From an uncultured Omnitrophica bacterium (GTDB lineage Bacteria; Omnitrophota; Gorgyraeia; JACQQV01), in the NCBI GenBank assembly GCA_947085655.1, contig CAMTXH010000009.1, positions 3,738 through 67,737 of the forward strand: a DNA stretch of 64,000 nt, given 5' to 3'. The position numbers and the translations under genes are program-made. How positions within the stretch are numbered: the first letter of the stretch is position 1; each line of letters opens with the position of its first letter. The notes beneath the pieces were generated by a model. That model made no database searches. It saw only the letters and a program-made list of their open reading frames with translations, and was not told the origin of the DNA. This document shows positions 9,616-19,624 of the stretch, piece by piece.

Positions 9616-10427
9616 CGGAAATTCTCAAAAAAATTGCGGAAGAGAGACTTTCGCACATCGAACGGAAGGCGGAGGCGACACCGGGTTACATTCTGACCCA
9701 GCGGGCCGACTCGAAAATCGACCCCCGAATCGTCACCTTTCATGAACCGAATTCGCCGATTGCGGAACAGTATAAGATGCTTCGGACCAATATCCTCACG
9801 ATATCGGCCAAGCGGCATCTCAAGTCATTCGTGGTTTCAAGCACGATTCACGGCGAAGGAAAAACCGTGACTTCCGCCAATTTGGCATTTGTACTGGCGG
9901 AAGATCTGAATGCCAAATCGGTTCTTCTGGTGGATGCGGATATGAGGAAGGGGCGCGTCTCCCGGCTTTTGGGTTTGGGACCGCGAAAGGGGCTTTCAGA
10001 CATCCTATCGAACGGGACCCCTTTTCACGAGGGGTTGGTGGATATCGGCGTGAAGAATCTGACGGTCCTTCCAAGCGGCATGGTTCCCACGAATCCGTCC
10101 GAACTTCTCGGCTCGACCAAGATGAACCGATTCATTCAGGAACTTCGGGGACGCTTTGACATGATCGTGTTCGATACCCCTCCTGTCATGAGCGTGACCG
10201 ATCCCGGCGTGCTGGGTGCGCAGTGCGACGGCGTGTTCATGATCGTTCAGGCGGGACGGACGCAGCGGACGAGCGTCCAGCATGCGGAGCATCTCCTCAC
10301 CCACGCACACGCCAAGATTCTCGGATATATCGTCACCAACGTCGAATACCATCTCCCCGAATACATCTACCGATACGTCGAAAGAGAACCCTATGCGGAA
10401 CCGACCATTGTTCCTGCGGCCTCATAG
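9603..10427 (+). CDS. BY-kinase (Wzc C-terminal-type tyrosine autokinase; EpsG-like)
   Basis: Walker A HGEGKT, A' VLLVDADMRKG, B MIVFDTPP; C-terminal tyrosine cluster EYHLPEYIYRYVEREPYAE. Confidence 0.8.
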   Translation: MGKMTEILKKIAEERLSHIERKAEATPGYILTQRADSKIDPRIVTFHEPNSPIAEQYKMLRTNILTISAKRHLKSFVVSSTIHGEGKTVTSANLAFVLAEDLNAKSVLLVDADMRKGRVSRLLGLGPRKGLSDILSNGTPFHEGLVDIGVKNLTVLPSGMVPTNPSELLGSTKMNRFIQELRGRFDMIVFDTPPVMSVTDPGVLGAQCDGVFMIVQAGRTQRTSVQHAEHLLTHAHAKILGYIVTNVEYHLPEYIYRYVEREPYAEPTIVPAAS

Positions 10428-10454
10428 GGAAAACCTAAAGACAAGGGGAGAGTC

Positions 10455-11945
10455 ATGGCAGCGTTTCCGACGCTTGACGAACCGATTACAGAATTAACAG
10501 AATTAAGAGAGAAGACCCTCTCCGGCATGAAATGGGTTTTTCTCTCCAGTTTCAGCCAGAGGGTTATCGGTCTGGTCACGACCATTTTCCTCGCCCGCCT
10601 CCTCATGCCTTCCGAATTCGGACTCTTTGCCCTCGCTTTTGTCATGATCGACGGGTTCGGGCTTTTCAAGAGTCTCGGTTTTGACACGGCGCTTCTCCGC
10701 TGGCAGGGAAAGGATGCGGAGGAAGCGGCCGACACCGCCTTCCTTCTGGTCCCCTTTTTCGGAATGACGCTCACCCTCACTCTCCATTTCTTCGCCCCTT
10801 ACGGCGCATCCCTTCTCGGAAACCCGGAGGTGACACCGGTCATCCGGATGCTCGCCTTCATTTTTATCTTCAGTTGTCTTGCCCAGGTGCCGGGCGCGCT
10901 CATCCAAAAACGCTTGGATTTCTGGCAAAAGGCGACTCCCGAAATTGCAGCCGGTATCCTTTATTCCGTCTCGGCCGTAACGTTCGCCTTTCGGGGGTTC
11001 GGCGTCTGGAGTCTGGTTTATGCGTATCTTTTGAAAACAATCCTTTACATGTCGATGATCTGGATCTTTGCCGGCTGGAGGCCCCGCTTCCGCTTCCGTC
11101 CGCATTTGGCGGCGGAGATGTTTCAATTCGGGAAATTCATCTTTCTCGGGAGTCTTCTGGGATTTCTGCGGAATAATCTTGATAATTTCGTCGTCGGAAA
11201 AATGATCGGATTGAGCGCACTCGGTTATTACGCAATCGCCTTTAATCTCGCTGCCTTTCTCTCACAGCACCTTATTACCCGGATGCAGGGGGTCTTTTTT
11301 CCCGTTTTTTCCAAAATCCAGGAGGATACGGAGGTTCTGCGGCGCGGTTTTCTGAAGTCGTTCAAAATGACTTCGATCGTTGCAATTCCATTTAGCCTCT
11401 TTCTGCTGATCGCAGGGCCGAATTTCCTGGAGACGGTCTATGGCAGCAAATGGGCCCCTGCCGGACCGGTTCTCCGGATCCTCGCTTTGGCGGGGCTCTT
11501 CCGGGCCCTCGGCGGAATCATGAGCCCCGTCTTTCTGGCGAAGGGAAGATCACGCCTTGATTTTGTGTTGAATATCCTTCAGGCAATTCTTTTCTTCCTC
11601 TTAATGATTCCGGCAGCGCACTTTTTCGGACTGGAGGGGGTGGGGGTATCGGTTTTAGTCTCCTCCCTTGCCGCTTTTGTCCTCGGGGCGGTGCGGCTTC
11701 GGCAGATTATCCAAATTTCCATCAAGCAGATGCTGTTACTGATGAAACCGGCCTTTGTCGGTTCAGGGGTGATGCTGGCCGTCTTTGGCGCTCTTTCGGC
11801 AGGGAGATCTTTGCTTGGGTATCTCACCGCCCCCGCGGCCGTAACCGCCTTCATCGTTGTCTGCGGTTTGTCCGGCATCGTTTACTTTTTATCGGTGTTG
11901 GTGCTTGATCGGGATGTACGGATCGAAGTGAGGAGAATTGTCTGA
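10455..11945 (+). CDS. Wzx-type polysaccharide flippase (MOP/Polysacc_synt family)
   Basis: 496 aa, ~12-14 TM helices, N-terminal motif (KWVFLSSFSQRVIGLVTTIFLARLL) typical of Wzx flippases. Confidence 0.8.
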   Translation: MAAFPTLDEPITELTELREKTLSGMKWVFLSSFSQRVIGLVTTIFLARLLMPSEFGLFALAFVMIDGFGLFKSLGFDTALLRWQGKDAEEAADTAFLLVPFFGMTLTLTLHFFAPYGASLLGNPEVTPVIRMLAFIFIFSCLAQVPGALIQKRLDFWQKATPEIAAGILYSVSAVTFAFRGFGVWSLVYAYLLKTILYMSMIWIFAGWRPRFRFRPHLAAEMFQFGKFIFLGSLLGFLRNNLDNFVVGKMIGLSALGYYAIAFNLAAFLSQHLITRMQGVFFPVFSKIQEDTEVLRRGFLKSFKMTSIVAIPFSLFLLIAGPNFLETVYGSKWAPAGPVLRILALAGLFRALGGIMSPVFLAKGRSRLDFVLNILQAILFFLLMIPAAHFFGLEGVGVSVLVSSLAAFVLGAVRLRQIIQISIKQMLLLMKPAFVGSGVMLAVFGALSAGRSLLGYLTAPAAVTAFIVVCGLSGIVYFLSVLVLDRDVRIEVRRIV

Positions 11946-12373
11946 TGCAGCCGACGGTGAGCGTGATTCTACCCACTTACGACAGACCCCGTTTTTTGAA
12001 GGAAGCGATCCAGAGCGTTAAAGATCAGACGTTTTCCGACTGGGAACTGATTGTGGTGGACAATGCCTCGGGGCCGGAAACGAAAAAGGTCGTTGATTCA
12101 TTTTCACCCGATCCACGGATCTGTTATCTGCGGCGCAACAGACCGGGAACGGCCGCAACGGCCCGCAACCAAGGGATAACCGAAGCCAGAGGACGTTATC
12201 TCGCTTTTTTGGATGACGACGAAGTGTGTTGTGATTCGAAACGGATGTGGGTTCGATACCACTATAGCCGCACCTCACCCAATTTTTCGATTCGGAGACG
12301 TCTGCGTCGCTGGTGGGAGAAGGGCACCTCGCACATCCTGAAAGGAGCAAGGACCTTATGCCGCGCCACCTGA
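11945..12373 (+). pseudogene. GT2 glycosyltransferase N-terminal fragment (142 aa), apparently truncated after the DXD motif
   Basis: VSVILPTYDRPRFL...LIVVDNAS...FLDDDEV is a normal GT2 N-terminus, but the ORF ends ~40 aa later in non-GT2-like sequence and overlaps the next gene; GT2 enzymes are normally 250-330 aa; no alternative frame continues the domain. Confidence 0.45.
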
Positions 12374-14589
12374 ATCATCCGACCGCGGCGATCTTGACCT
12401 TAGGCGCCCCGCAGAGTCTTTGCATCGCTCGGAGTCTCGGTCGTCGGGGAATTCCGGTCATCGGATTGGATGGGAATCCCCGGAGCATGGGGGTTTTTTC
12501 ACGATACTGCCACCCTGTCCTTTTGCCGGCTCTGGGAAAAAATCCGGAAGCATGGCTTGAAACCCTTGTTTCGGAAGGGAAAAAAAGAGAAACGCCCGCT
12601 GTTTTATTTCCCTGCAACGACGCAAGTGTCCTTTGGGTTGCGGAGCACCGGGAGGCCCTTGAGACCTATTACCGTTTCCGAATTTCCCCTCTTGAGGTCG
12701 TTCGGCTCATTTTGAATAAACCCCGGATGACCGCGCATGCCAAATCACTCGGTCTTTCAGTTCCGCGCCATCTCATGCTGGAGCGAAAAGAGGATCTGGA
12801 GAGGGTGGCGGGGGAAATCGGTTTTCCCTGCGGCATCAAGCCGGTTTACAGTCATGAATGGAAACACCATTTCTCAACCGACAAACTGCTCTCCGTTTCC
12901 TCAACAACGGAGTTAGAAAAAGAGTATTCCAAACTGGAGCGGACCGCCCTGAAATTTTTTGTGACGGAGCTGATCCCCGGGGAGGATCGGGACCTCTTTG
13001 GGCTGTATACGCATCTCGATCGGAACGGAAAACCGCTCTATCTTTACACCTGCCGGAAACTCCGGCAATATCCGCCCTATTTCGGAAACGGATCGCTCCG
13101 CGAAGGGATTGACGAACCGGCCGTCTCGGCGCTTGGGTTCTCCCTTCTGGCGAAAATCGGGTGCAGGGGACTTGCGCATGTCGAGTTTAAATGGGACCGG
13201 CGGGACGAAAGTTGGAAACTCATCGAGGTCAATCCCCGTGCCACCATCGCCTTGCCCCTCGTGGCGGGAAGCGGAATCGACGCACCGTATCTCGCATACC
13301 GGGATGCCTTGGATCAACCGGTAGAGCCGCAGGAGGTCAAAACCTATCGGAGGAAACTTTTGTATTTGGTGGAGGACATCGATGCCTTCCGTGCCTACCA
13401 CAGGGAAGGGAAACTCTCCTGGGGCGGATGGCTTCGGTCCCTGTGGGGGGCGAATGTCTTCGGGATTTTCGCCTGGGATGACCCGATGCCGTTTCTCCGA
13501 TTGGTTGCGTATCGAATGGGGCGGGCCGCGCGGAGTCTCCTCAAGAGGTGGAGCCCGGAGAGTATTCACCGCCCCCGACATCTCCTTTTTCGACGGTTCA
13601 TCAAGGTCTGTTTGTCCTACTGCCTCTTCTATAGCGGGATTCTATGGATCCGCCGCTTCCAAAGACAGAAGGAAGGGGAGTTCCGGATTCTTGTGTATCA
13701 CCATATCACGGAAAAAGAAGATCATTCGGGTCTGCCGGCGTCCGTCTTCAAGAAACAGATTGCCTGGATTCAGAAACATTATGCGGTCATATCCCTCAGT
13801 GAACTCCTTCTTCGAAAGAAACAAAGTCTTCCGTTACCCGAGCGGGCGATGGCGATTACCTTTGACGACGGGTACAGTGACTTCGTAACCAGGGCTTATC
13901 CGGTTTTGAAGGAGGCGGGACTTTCGGCGACGCTTTTTGTGGTGATTGACTGCCTGGAACAGAAACCCCTTTGGACCGAGTCTTTAAAAGTCTGGTTTGA
14001 CCTTACTTCCCGCAAACGGCTTGATTTTTCCTTAAACGGCGAGACATACTCCTTGCCGCTTGGAAATGACCGTGAAAAAAGAGAAGCGCGGGAAACACTC
14101 AAGGGCAAACTGAAGCGGGTGAAAAACGGTGAGCGGCTCATTCTGATGGAAAAAATAAAAAAGGAACTTTTGGGCGAAAAAGAAGACGGATTCCCGACCG
14201 GGATGCTGATTTGGGAAGATATCTTGAAACTTTCGGAGGACGGTGTCGAAGTTGGTGCACATACGTTGAGCCATCCGATCCTGACGCAGATTTCGGAAAA
14301 GGAGGCCCGGCACGAGATTACAGAGTCCAAGAAAAGACTCGAGGCGCGTCTTGGGAAACCGGTACAGATTTTTTCTTACCCGAACGGAGAGATCGGCGAT
14401 TTCAACGAGTCGGTGGAGCGGATTGTCAGGGACGCCGGGTTTTTAGGTGCCTGCACCGCCATTGAAGGAAAAAATGATGCTTCGAGCAATCCGTTTACCC
14501 TGAGGCGGCTCGGGACATGGGAGCGGTCGCTCCCTGTGTTTGCCTGCATGCTTGAGGGCTGCTTTGACCTGTTTCAAAGGAGACCATGA
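12358..14589 (+). CDS. ATP-grasp domain / NodB-type polysaccharide deacetylase fusion protein
   Basis: Likely start ATG 12358 (SD AAAGGAG 10 nt upstream; ORF-track start 12313 is GTG). N-terminal ~400 aa is an ATP-grasp fold (IGFPCGIKPVYSH...LIEVNPR); central TM segment; C-terminal NodB motifs (ITFDDGYSDF, HTLSHPIL, IFSYPNGE). Confidence 0.7.
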   Translation: MPRHLNHPTAAILTLGAPQSLCIARSLGRRGIPVIGLDGNPRSMGVFSRYCHPVLLPALGKNPEAWLETLVSEGKKRETPAVLFPCNDASVLWVAEHREALETYYRFRISPLEVVRLILNKPRMTAHAKSLGLSVPRHLMLERKEDLERVAGEIGFPCGIKPVYSHEWKHHFSTDKLLSVSSTTELEKEYSKLERTALKFFVTELIPGEDRDLFGLYTHLDRNGKPLYLYTCRKLRQYPPYFGNGSLREGIDEPAVSALGFSLLAKIGCRGLAHVEFKWDRRDESWKLIEVNPRATIALPLVAGSGIDAPYLAYRDALDQPVEPQEVKTYRRKLLYLVEDIDAFRAYHREGKLSWGGWLRSLWGANVFGIFAWDDPMPFLRLVAYRMGRAARSLLKRWSPESIHRPRHLLFRRFIKVCLSYCLFYSGILWIRRFQRQKEGEFRILVYHHITEKEDHSGLPASVFKKQIAWIQKHYAVISLSELLLRKKQSLPLPERAMAITFDDGYSDFVTRAYPVLKEAGLSATLFVVIDCLEQKPLWTESLKVWFDLTSRKRLDFSLNGETYSLPLGNDREKREARETLKGKLKRVKNGERLILMEKIKKELLGEKEDGFPTGMLIWEDILKLSEDGVEVGAHTLSHPILTQISEKEARHEITESKKRLEARLGKPVQIFSYPNGEIGDFNESVERIVRDAGFLGACTAIEGKNDASSNPFTLRRLGTWERSLPVFACMLEGCFDLFQRRP

Positions 14590-15251
14590 TGGCTACCGAA
14601 CGACTCGTTCAGAAGTTGTCGATTGTCACTTTGGTATTGATCGGCATCCATGTCGTCAATCTGTTAGCGGGAGGCCCGAGTTGGCAGGTGGAGCGACTTT
14701 TTCATCTGGGGTTGGAGGGGAATCTGGTGACATGGTTTTCGAGTCTTCTCTGGGCTTTGGCGGCCCTTGCCGCCTATCAATGTTTCCAGGCATCTGCCGA
14801 ACCGCTCGAGCGTCGACTGTGGCGTTGGATGTCGGCCGGAATGCTCGTGTTGTCCATCGATGAAGTGGCGATGATCCATGAGTCCTTCGGACATGCGTTA
14901 TCCAAACATTTTCTTTCTCCCGTTGTAAAAGAGACCTTTCGGGCAACGGTATGGCCTGTTGTGTTGGGGCCGCTGGTCCTTTTTACCGTTATCGTTTTCA
15001 GTGTTGCAATTTGGTATTGCGTGAGGGAATCTGTCCCCGCAGGACGCCGGATTTTCCTGGGTGTTTTGATGATGCTTCTTGGCGGTTGGTTCCTTGAAAC
15101 AACGACCAACTTTTTAAATCACGGTCCGCTCGAATGGCTCTGGCAGGTCGAAATCATTGCGGAGGAGAGCCTGGAGATGTTCGGCGTCATTGTCCTTTTT
15201 TCAGGACTGTTAATCCATCAAAAATTTTTGAAGCGTCAGCTGGAGGATTGA
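14586..15251 (+). CDS. integral membrane protein (hypothetical, ~6 TM)
   Basis: 221 aa, multiple hydrophobic helices; ATGA overlap with the upstream gene. Confidence 0.55.
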   Translation: MMATERLVQKLSIVTLVLIGIHVVNLLAGGPSWQVERLFHLGLEGNLVTWFSSLLWALAALAAYQCFQASAEPLERRLWRWMSAGMLVLSIDEVAMIHESFGHALSKHFLSPVVKETFRATVWPVVLGPLVLFTVIVFSVAIWYCVRESVPAGRRIFLGVLMMLLGGWFLETTTNFLNHGPLEWLWQVEIIAEESLEMFGVIVLFSGLLIHQKFLKRQLED

Positions 15252-15252
15252 A

Positions 15253-17115
15253 ATGCCCGGTGTGATTGGATATGCAAGCACGGAACCCATAGATCGGCGG
15301 TTGCTTGAGGCGATGGCGCAGCCGATGCGGCACCGTCCCTGCTACCGGATCCATCTCCGTCCAGGAGAGACTTTTTCGATCGGAACGATTGATTTGGAAG
15401 CGGGTCGTCAATCGAGCATCGCCGAGTCGGCGGATGGAACGGCGATCTTGGCTGTCTTCGGCACGCTTTATGAACCGTGGGCCACGGAGGGGAACGGATT
15501 GGCCAAACAACTTCTCGCCAAATGGAAGAGTGGGGGTATGAGGGCCCTTCGGGATTTGAACGGCGAGTATGTCATTGCGATTTGGAACCGCCCCGAGCGA
15601 CGCCTCACCCTTATCAATGACCGGTTGGGGCTCAAGCGTCTTGCCCTCCGGAAGAAGGGAAAGATGTTCGCATGGGCTTCCGAGGTGAAGAGTCTCGCCG
15701 TGATACCTGAGGTGAGCCGTGCAATCGATGAACAGGCCCTTTCGGAACTTCTCACCTTCGGGCATCTTCAGGATGAGCGGACGCTTTTGCGGGATGTGAC
15801 ACTCCTTCCTCCGGCGTCCATCCTTACTTGGCAGGAAGGGAAAGTGTCGATCGAGCGGTATTGGAGATACACTTTCCGGGCCGATCCCCGGCTCGAGGAG
15901 ACCGAGAAAGCCGCTTCGGAATTTGCGGACCGGGTTCTTCTTGCGGTAGACCGGCGGATCCGGAACCGGAAACGGATCGGGCTTCTTTTAAGCGGCGGGT
16001 TGGATTCGCGGACGCTTGCCGGTATGATCCGGGAACTTCGTCCCAAAGATCCTTTTTTCACCTGGACGACTGGTCATAGCCACGCGCACGATGTGCGATT
16101 TGGGGCAGAGATTGCAAGGGTTATCGGAAGCCGCCATACAACGGTTGAGATTCCGGAGACATTTCTTCAGGATTTTGGCCCGCATTACGCTTGGGTGTTG
16201 GACGGTATGGTCACGACACACGGTGCCCACCGGACATGCGTGCTGGAAGCCCTTGCAAGGGAGACCGATGTGGCATTGATCGGGTTTTTGGGGGATATTC
16301 TGAGCGGCGACCGTCCGTTAAATAAGTTGACGCACATCAGTACCCTGGAGCATTTGATCGACGTCGGCTATCGCTATTATGCGGTCGGCTTTGATGATGC
16401 TCTTTTTGAGAAGACGCTTCGTCCGGAAGTTTTTCGCCGGATCCGGGGCTTGGCAAAAGAGACGTTTGCCAAATCAGTCCAAGAAGCACCGGTAGAAAAT
16501 CTCGCCGATCGGGTGGTCTATACGGAATTGATACAACGGCAGCGACTTTGGAATCCCCTCGCCATGATGGATCTCATGGGAATTGACTGTCATGTGGCAA
16601 CCCCCTTTGTGGACCGGGACTTTGTCGATTTTGCCCTCACGTTGCCGCTTGGCCAGCGTTTTGGAAAAAAGGCGTATCTTGGGATGCTCTGCAAGATGTT
16701 TCCGAAACTGGCCCGTGTTCCGAGGTCGGGGGACGGACTTCCCCTGGTTCATTCCCGGCTCCGGGCAGGCCTCCATTGGCGATGGGTTTTGTTTCATCGG
16801 CATGTCCTTCCCAAACTGACAGGGGGGCTTCTCGGAGGACACAATTACGCGACTTATGTCCACTGTGCGGAGTGGTTCCGGAAGGCGAACCGCTCCTTTA
16901 TCGAGAGGACCTTGGTGAACAGCCCTTATTTGGAGACGCATTTCCGGATGGAAACGGTTAACCGGCTGGTGCAGGACTTTTTGGAGGAGCGCGGCGGACG
17001 GGATTTGATGGAACCGATCGCAGCGCTGATGAGTTTTGTCCTCTTCCGACAACAGTTGGAACGGTTGGCCCGTTACGCTCCCCAACCCCAAAAAGAGGAA
17101 ATACTCGTTCGATGA
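15253..17115 (+). CDS. asparagine synthetase (AsnB)-family amidotransferase, copy 1; N-terminal nucleophile Cys replaced (MPGVIG instead of MCGI)
   Basis: PP-loop SGGLDS at aa ~236 and AsnB C-terminal synthetase domain; N-terminus aligns to the class-II glutaminase domain but Cys2 is Pro. Confidence 0.75.
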   Translation: MPGVIGYASTEPIDRRLLEAMAQPMRHRPCYRIHLRPGETFSIGTIDLEAGRQSSIAESADGTAILAVFGTLYEPWATEGNGLAKQLLAKWKSGGMRALRDLNGEYVIAIWNRPERRLTLINDRLGLKRLALRKKGKMFAWASEVKSLAVIPEVSRAIDEQALSELLTFGHLQDERTLLRDVTLLPPASILTWQEGKVSIERYWRYTFRADPRLEETEKAASEFADRVLLAVDRRIRNRKRIGLLLSGGLDSRTLAGMIRELRPKDPFFTWTTGHSHAHDVRFGAEIARVIGSRHTTVEIPETFLQDFGPHYAWVLDGMVTTHGAHRTCVLEALARETDVALIGFLGDILSGDRPLNKLTHISTLEHLIDVGYRYYAVGFDDALFEKTLRPEVFRRIRGLAKETFAKSVQEAPVENLADRVVYTELIQRQRLWNPLAMMDLMGIDCHVATPFVDRDFVDFALTLPLGQRFGKKAYLGMLCKMFPKLARVPRSGDGLPLVHSRLRAGLHWRWVLFHRHVLPKLTGGLLGGHNYATYVHCAEWFRKANRSFIERTLVNSPYLETHFRMETVNRLVQDFLEERGGRDLMEPIAALMSFVLFRQQLERLARYAPQPQKEEILVR

Positions 17116-17813
17116 ACGCCTTGACGCAGTTTGAACGGGGATGGCGCTGTTTCAAAGAGGAGGGGCCGACAGAAACGTTTTACCGGTTGCTTCACCGGCT
17201 CCGTCTGGTTTCCGTGCATCACGCACTCGACATCTACCTGAAAGAGATGGGGGAGGGCCCGGAAAAGCATCTGGCCGATGAAGGATTGCATCTGAACTTT
17301 CGGGAGATATTTCCGGATGAAATTGAGCGTTTCAGATATCCGGAAGAATTCCGATTCTTTGACGGCTCCTCTCCTATCCAGCTCATGCAGAAAGTTTTTA
17401 CCGAGAAGATGCGTTTCTTTGCCGCATTGGATGGGGATCTTTTGATTGCTTTAAACGGTGTGAATACAAAAATTGCGAACCTCTGGTCTTTGAAGAAACA
17501 GTCGTTGCCTCTTCCGGGGGGGACCGTCTATTTGGACAATGCCATGACCGCCCCGCAATACCGGCGCCGGGGAATCGGGAGCGCTCTCCGTTCCTATATG
17601 ATGCATCTCCTTCGCGAGGAAGGGTATCGACGCGTGATTCTTGCCACGCACCCTGACAATAAAGGCGCCGCCCGTTGGCAGGAATCCCAGGGGTTTCAGC
17701 GTTGGGGTAGGATCCGGTATCTGAAATGGCGGGGGAAAGATATATGGAAGTATGAGTGGACGCCGTTGGGACGGCGTGAACCCAATCTGATCCCGAATGG
17801 ACGATTCAAATGA
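17112..17813 (+). CDS. GNAT-family acyltransferase, copy 1 (paired with AsnB-like copy 1)
   Basis: Acetyl-CoA binding motif QYRRRGIGSALRS...; ATGA overlap with upstream gene; paralogous to 19621-20331. Confidence 0.7.
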   Translation: MNALTQFERGWRCFKEEGPTETFYRLLHRLRLVSVHHALDIYLKEMGEGPEKHLADEGLHLNFREIFPDEIERFRYPEEFRFFDGSSPIQLMQKVFTEKMRFFAALDGDLLIALNGVNTKIANLWSLKKQSLPLPGGTVYLDNAMTAPQYRRRGIGSALRSYMMHLLREEGYRRVILATHPDNKGAARWQESQGFQRWGRIRYLKWRGKDIWKYEWTPLGRREPNLIPNGRFK

Positions 17814-19624
17814 ACAGCACAAAAACCATCGAAAAAGTATCCCGGATAACCGCGCAGACACTGACCAGCCGTTTTCTGGCCTATCTGCCGGAACCGGGGA
17901 TTTCCAACGGAAGCCTTACCGCCCGTCTTTCCCGGTATGCTGAGAGTGTCGGTCTGACCATCCGTCGAAGCGATCCTTTTTTCTTCGCATGCGCACTTCC
18001 ACAGTCCATGAATAACCAAGAGAAAGGTATTTCGGAGGACGAAACGGTGCTGGATGTTTTTCCAGGAACAGCCGCTTCCAAGCGTTCCTTCAATGTCCCC
18101 TCGGGGAGATGGGATTGGGAAGCGTGGCACAAGATGGCTTCCCGGGAAGCGCAGTGTTATAACCTTTTCCGGCTGACGGATGAAGGCATGGAGTGGCAGA
18201 GCGACCCGTTAAGTCTCAAACCATTTTATCAGGCGGAAGTTCAAGGGGGCACCCTTTTGGGGTCACGGATTACTGATCTGGTTCATCTTTTTCCGGAACT
18301 CATTAAGCCCCTGGACGAGACCAGTGTCTATGGATTCCTTATTATGAATGCGTTCCCTTCCGACCGGACGCTCCATGCAAAAATCAGGCGCGCACCGACA
18401 GGCGCTGTCTACCGTTGGACGCCTCGTGAGGGGCTTTCCGTGACGCGGGAACGGCGCCTTAAAGCCCCGCCGGTGAATGCGAACGGGGACGTCAAGGAAA
18501 TGGTTATGCAAATCCGGGAGGCGATGGAAAGGAGTCTCTTTGAAAGAATCCAAAATGCCGCTTTGCCCCCTGTTCTTTCCTTATCCGGGGGATTTGATTC
18601 CCGCCTCATCGCAGCGATGGTCTGCCGGAGGGGCCTTCCCCTCAAGGCCTATACGTACGGGAATCCCCACCATCACGAAGTCTGGGTGGCCAAGCAGATT
18701 GCAAAACTCCTCGGGCTCGATCATACGCTTCTTCCTTATCGGGAAAATAACCTCTTGGAGCGCCTCCCGATTCACTTGGATCTTTTGGAAGGCCACGCGG
18801 ATCTGGGTGTCGTGCAGGTTGCGAATACTTTTCAGATAGAAAGCCCTGCAGGGACTCCGCTCCTTCATGGTCTTTTGGGGGAGACCCTTGCGGGAAATGT
18901 CGCATGGCCGGAAGAAAAAGAATATGAAAATCCCGACACTTTTGCGAGGGCAATCATCCGGGAATATTCAAGGAAGGTTGTATTCGAGGGGCTCCCATGG
19001 TTGGAAGAAGAGAGAATGGAAGAGGCCCAGCGCAAGGACATCAAGTCGTATCTTCAGCAGGACCACCCCTCTTATCAGGCGATGATGCTCTGGGACCTTG
19101 AATACCACCAGCGACGGGACGGCGGGGCCTATATTGGGTTGGTTGCAAACCACTTTGATGTCATGGCACCCAATTACGATCTTGAGGTGATGAAGGCATG
19201 GCTTTCCGTGCCGCGCATCGCCCTTGAGAAGAGGTCATTTTTCCGGGAGCTGTTGGCGCGGGAATTTCCGGAACTGGCAAAGATTCCGCATCCGACAGAG
19301 ATGCACCCGATTTTGCCGAATCTGAAACGGCAACTCGCTTTTTATCTGGAGGGGAAATGGTCGCGGCTCCGGATGCGGCTTCTCGGAAAACATCCGAATA
19401 TCGAACTTCTCTGGTGTGTACTGACGCCCGGCCAGAGACAGACGATGCTTTCTGAGATCGGCTCCCTCCGGGAGGTTGCGGAGGATGGACTGGGGTTGAA
19501 AATGCCCGAGGATGTCAAGATGTTGGAAAAAAGCCATCCCCAAATTGTCAGGAACCTTTTTTTGATGACGCGCTATGCGGCATGGATTTTAAACGGGAAC
19601 AAAGCCGAAGAGGTACGCGTATGA
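17810..19624 (+). CDS. asparagine synthetase (AsnB)-family amidotransferase, copy 2 (no glutaminase Cys)
   Basis: PP-loop LSLSGGFDSRL; AsnB-like C-terminal region; N-terminus lacks the MCG glutaminase start. Confidence 0.7.
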   Translation: MNSTKTIEKVSRITAQTLTSRFLAYLPEPGISNGSLTARLSRYAESVGLTIRRSDPFFFACALPQSMNNQEKGISEDETVLDVFPGTAASKRSFNVPSGRWDWEAWHKMASREAQCYNLFRLTDEGMEWQSDPLSLKPFYQAEVQGGTLLGSRITDLVHLFPELIKPLDETSVYGFLIMNAFPSDRTLHAKIRRAPTGAVYRWTPREGLSVTRERRLKAPPVNANGDVKEMVMQIREAMERSLFERIQNAALPPVLSLSGGFDSRLIAAMVCRRGLPLKAYTYGNPHHHEVWVAKQIAKLLGLDHTLLPYRENNLLERLPIHLDLLEGHADLGVVQVANTFQIESPAGTPLLHGLLGETLAGNVAWPEEKEYENPDTFARAIIREYSRKVVFEGLPWLEEERMEEAQRKDIKSYLQQDHPSYQAMMLWDLEYHQRRDGGAYIGLVANHFDVMAPNYDLEVMKAWLSVPRIALEKRSFFRELLAREFPELAKIPHPTEMHPILPNLKRQLAFYLEGKWSRLRMRLLGKHPNIELLWCVLTPGQRQTMLSEIGSLREVAEDGLGLKMPEDVKMLEKSHPQIVRNLFLMTRYAAWILNGNKAEEVRV

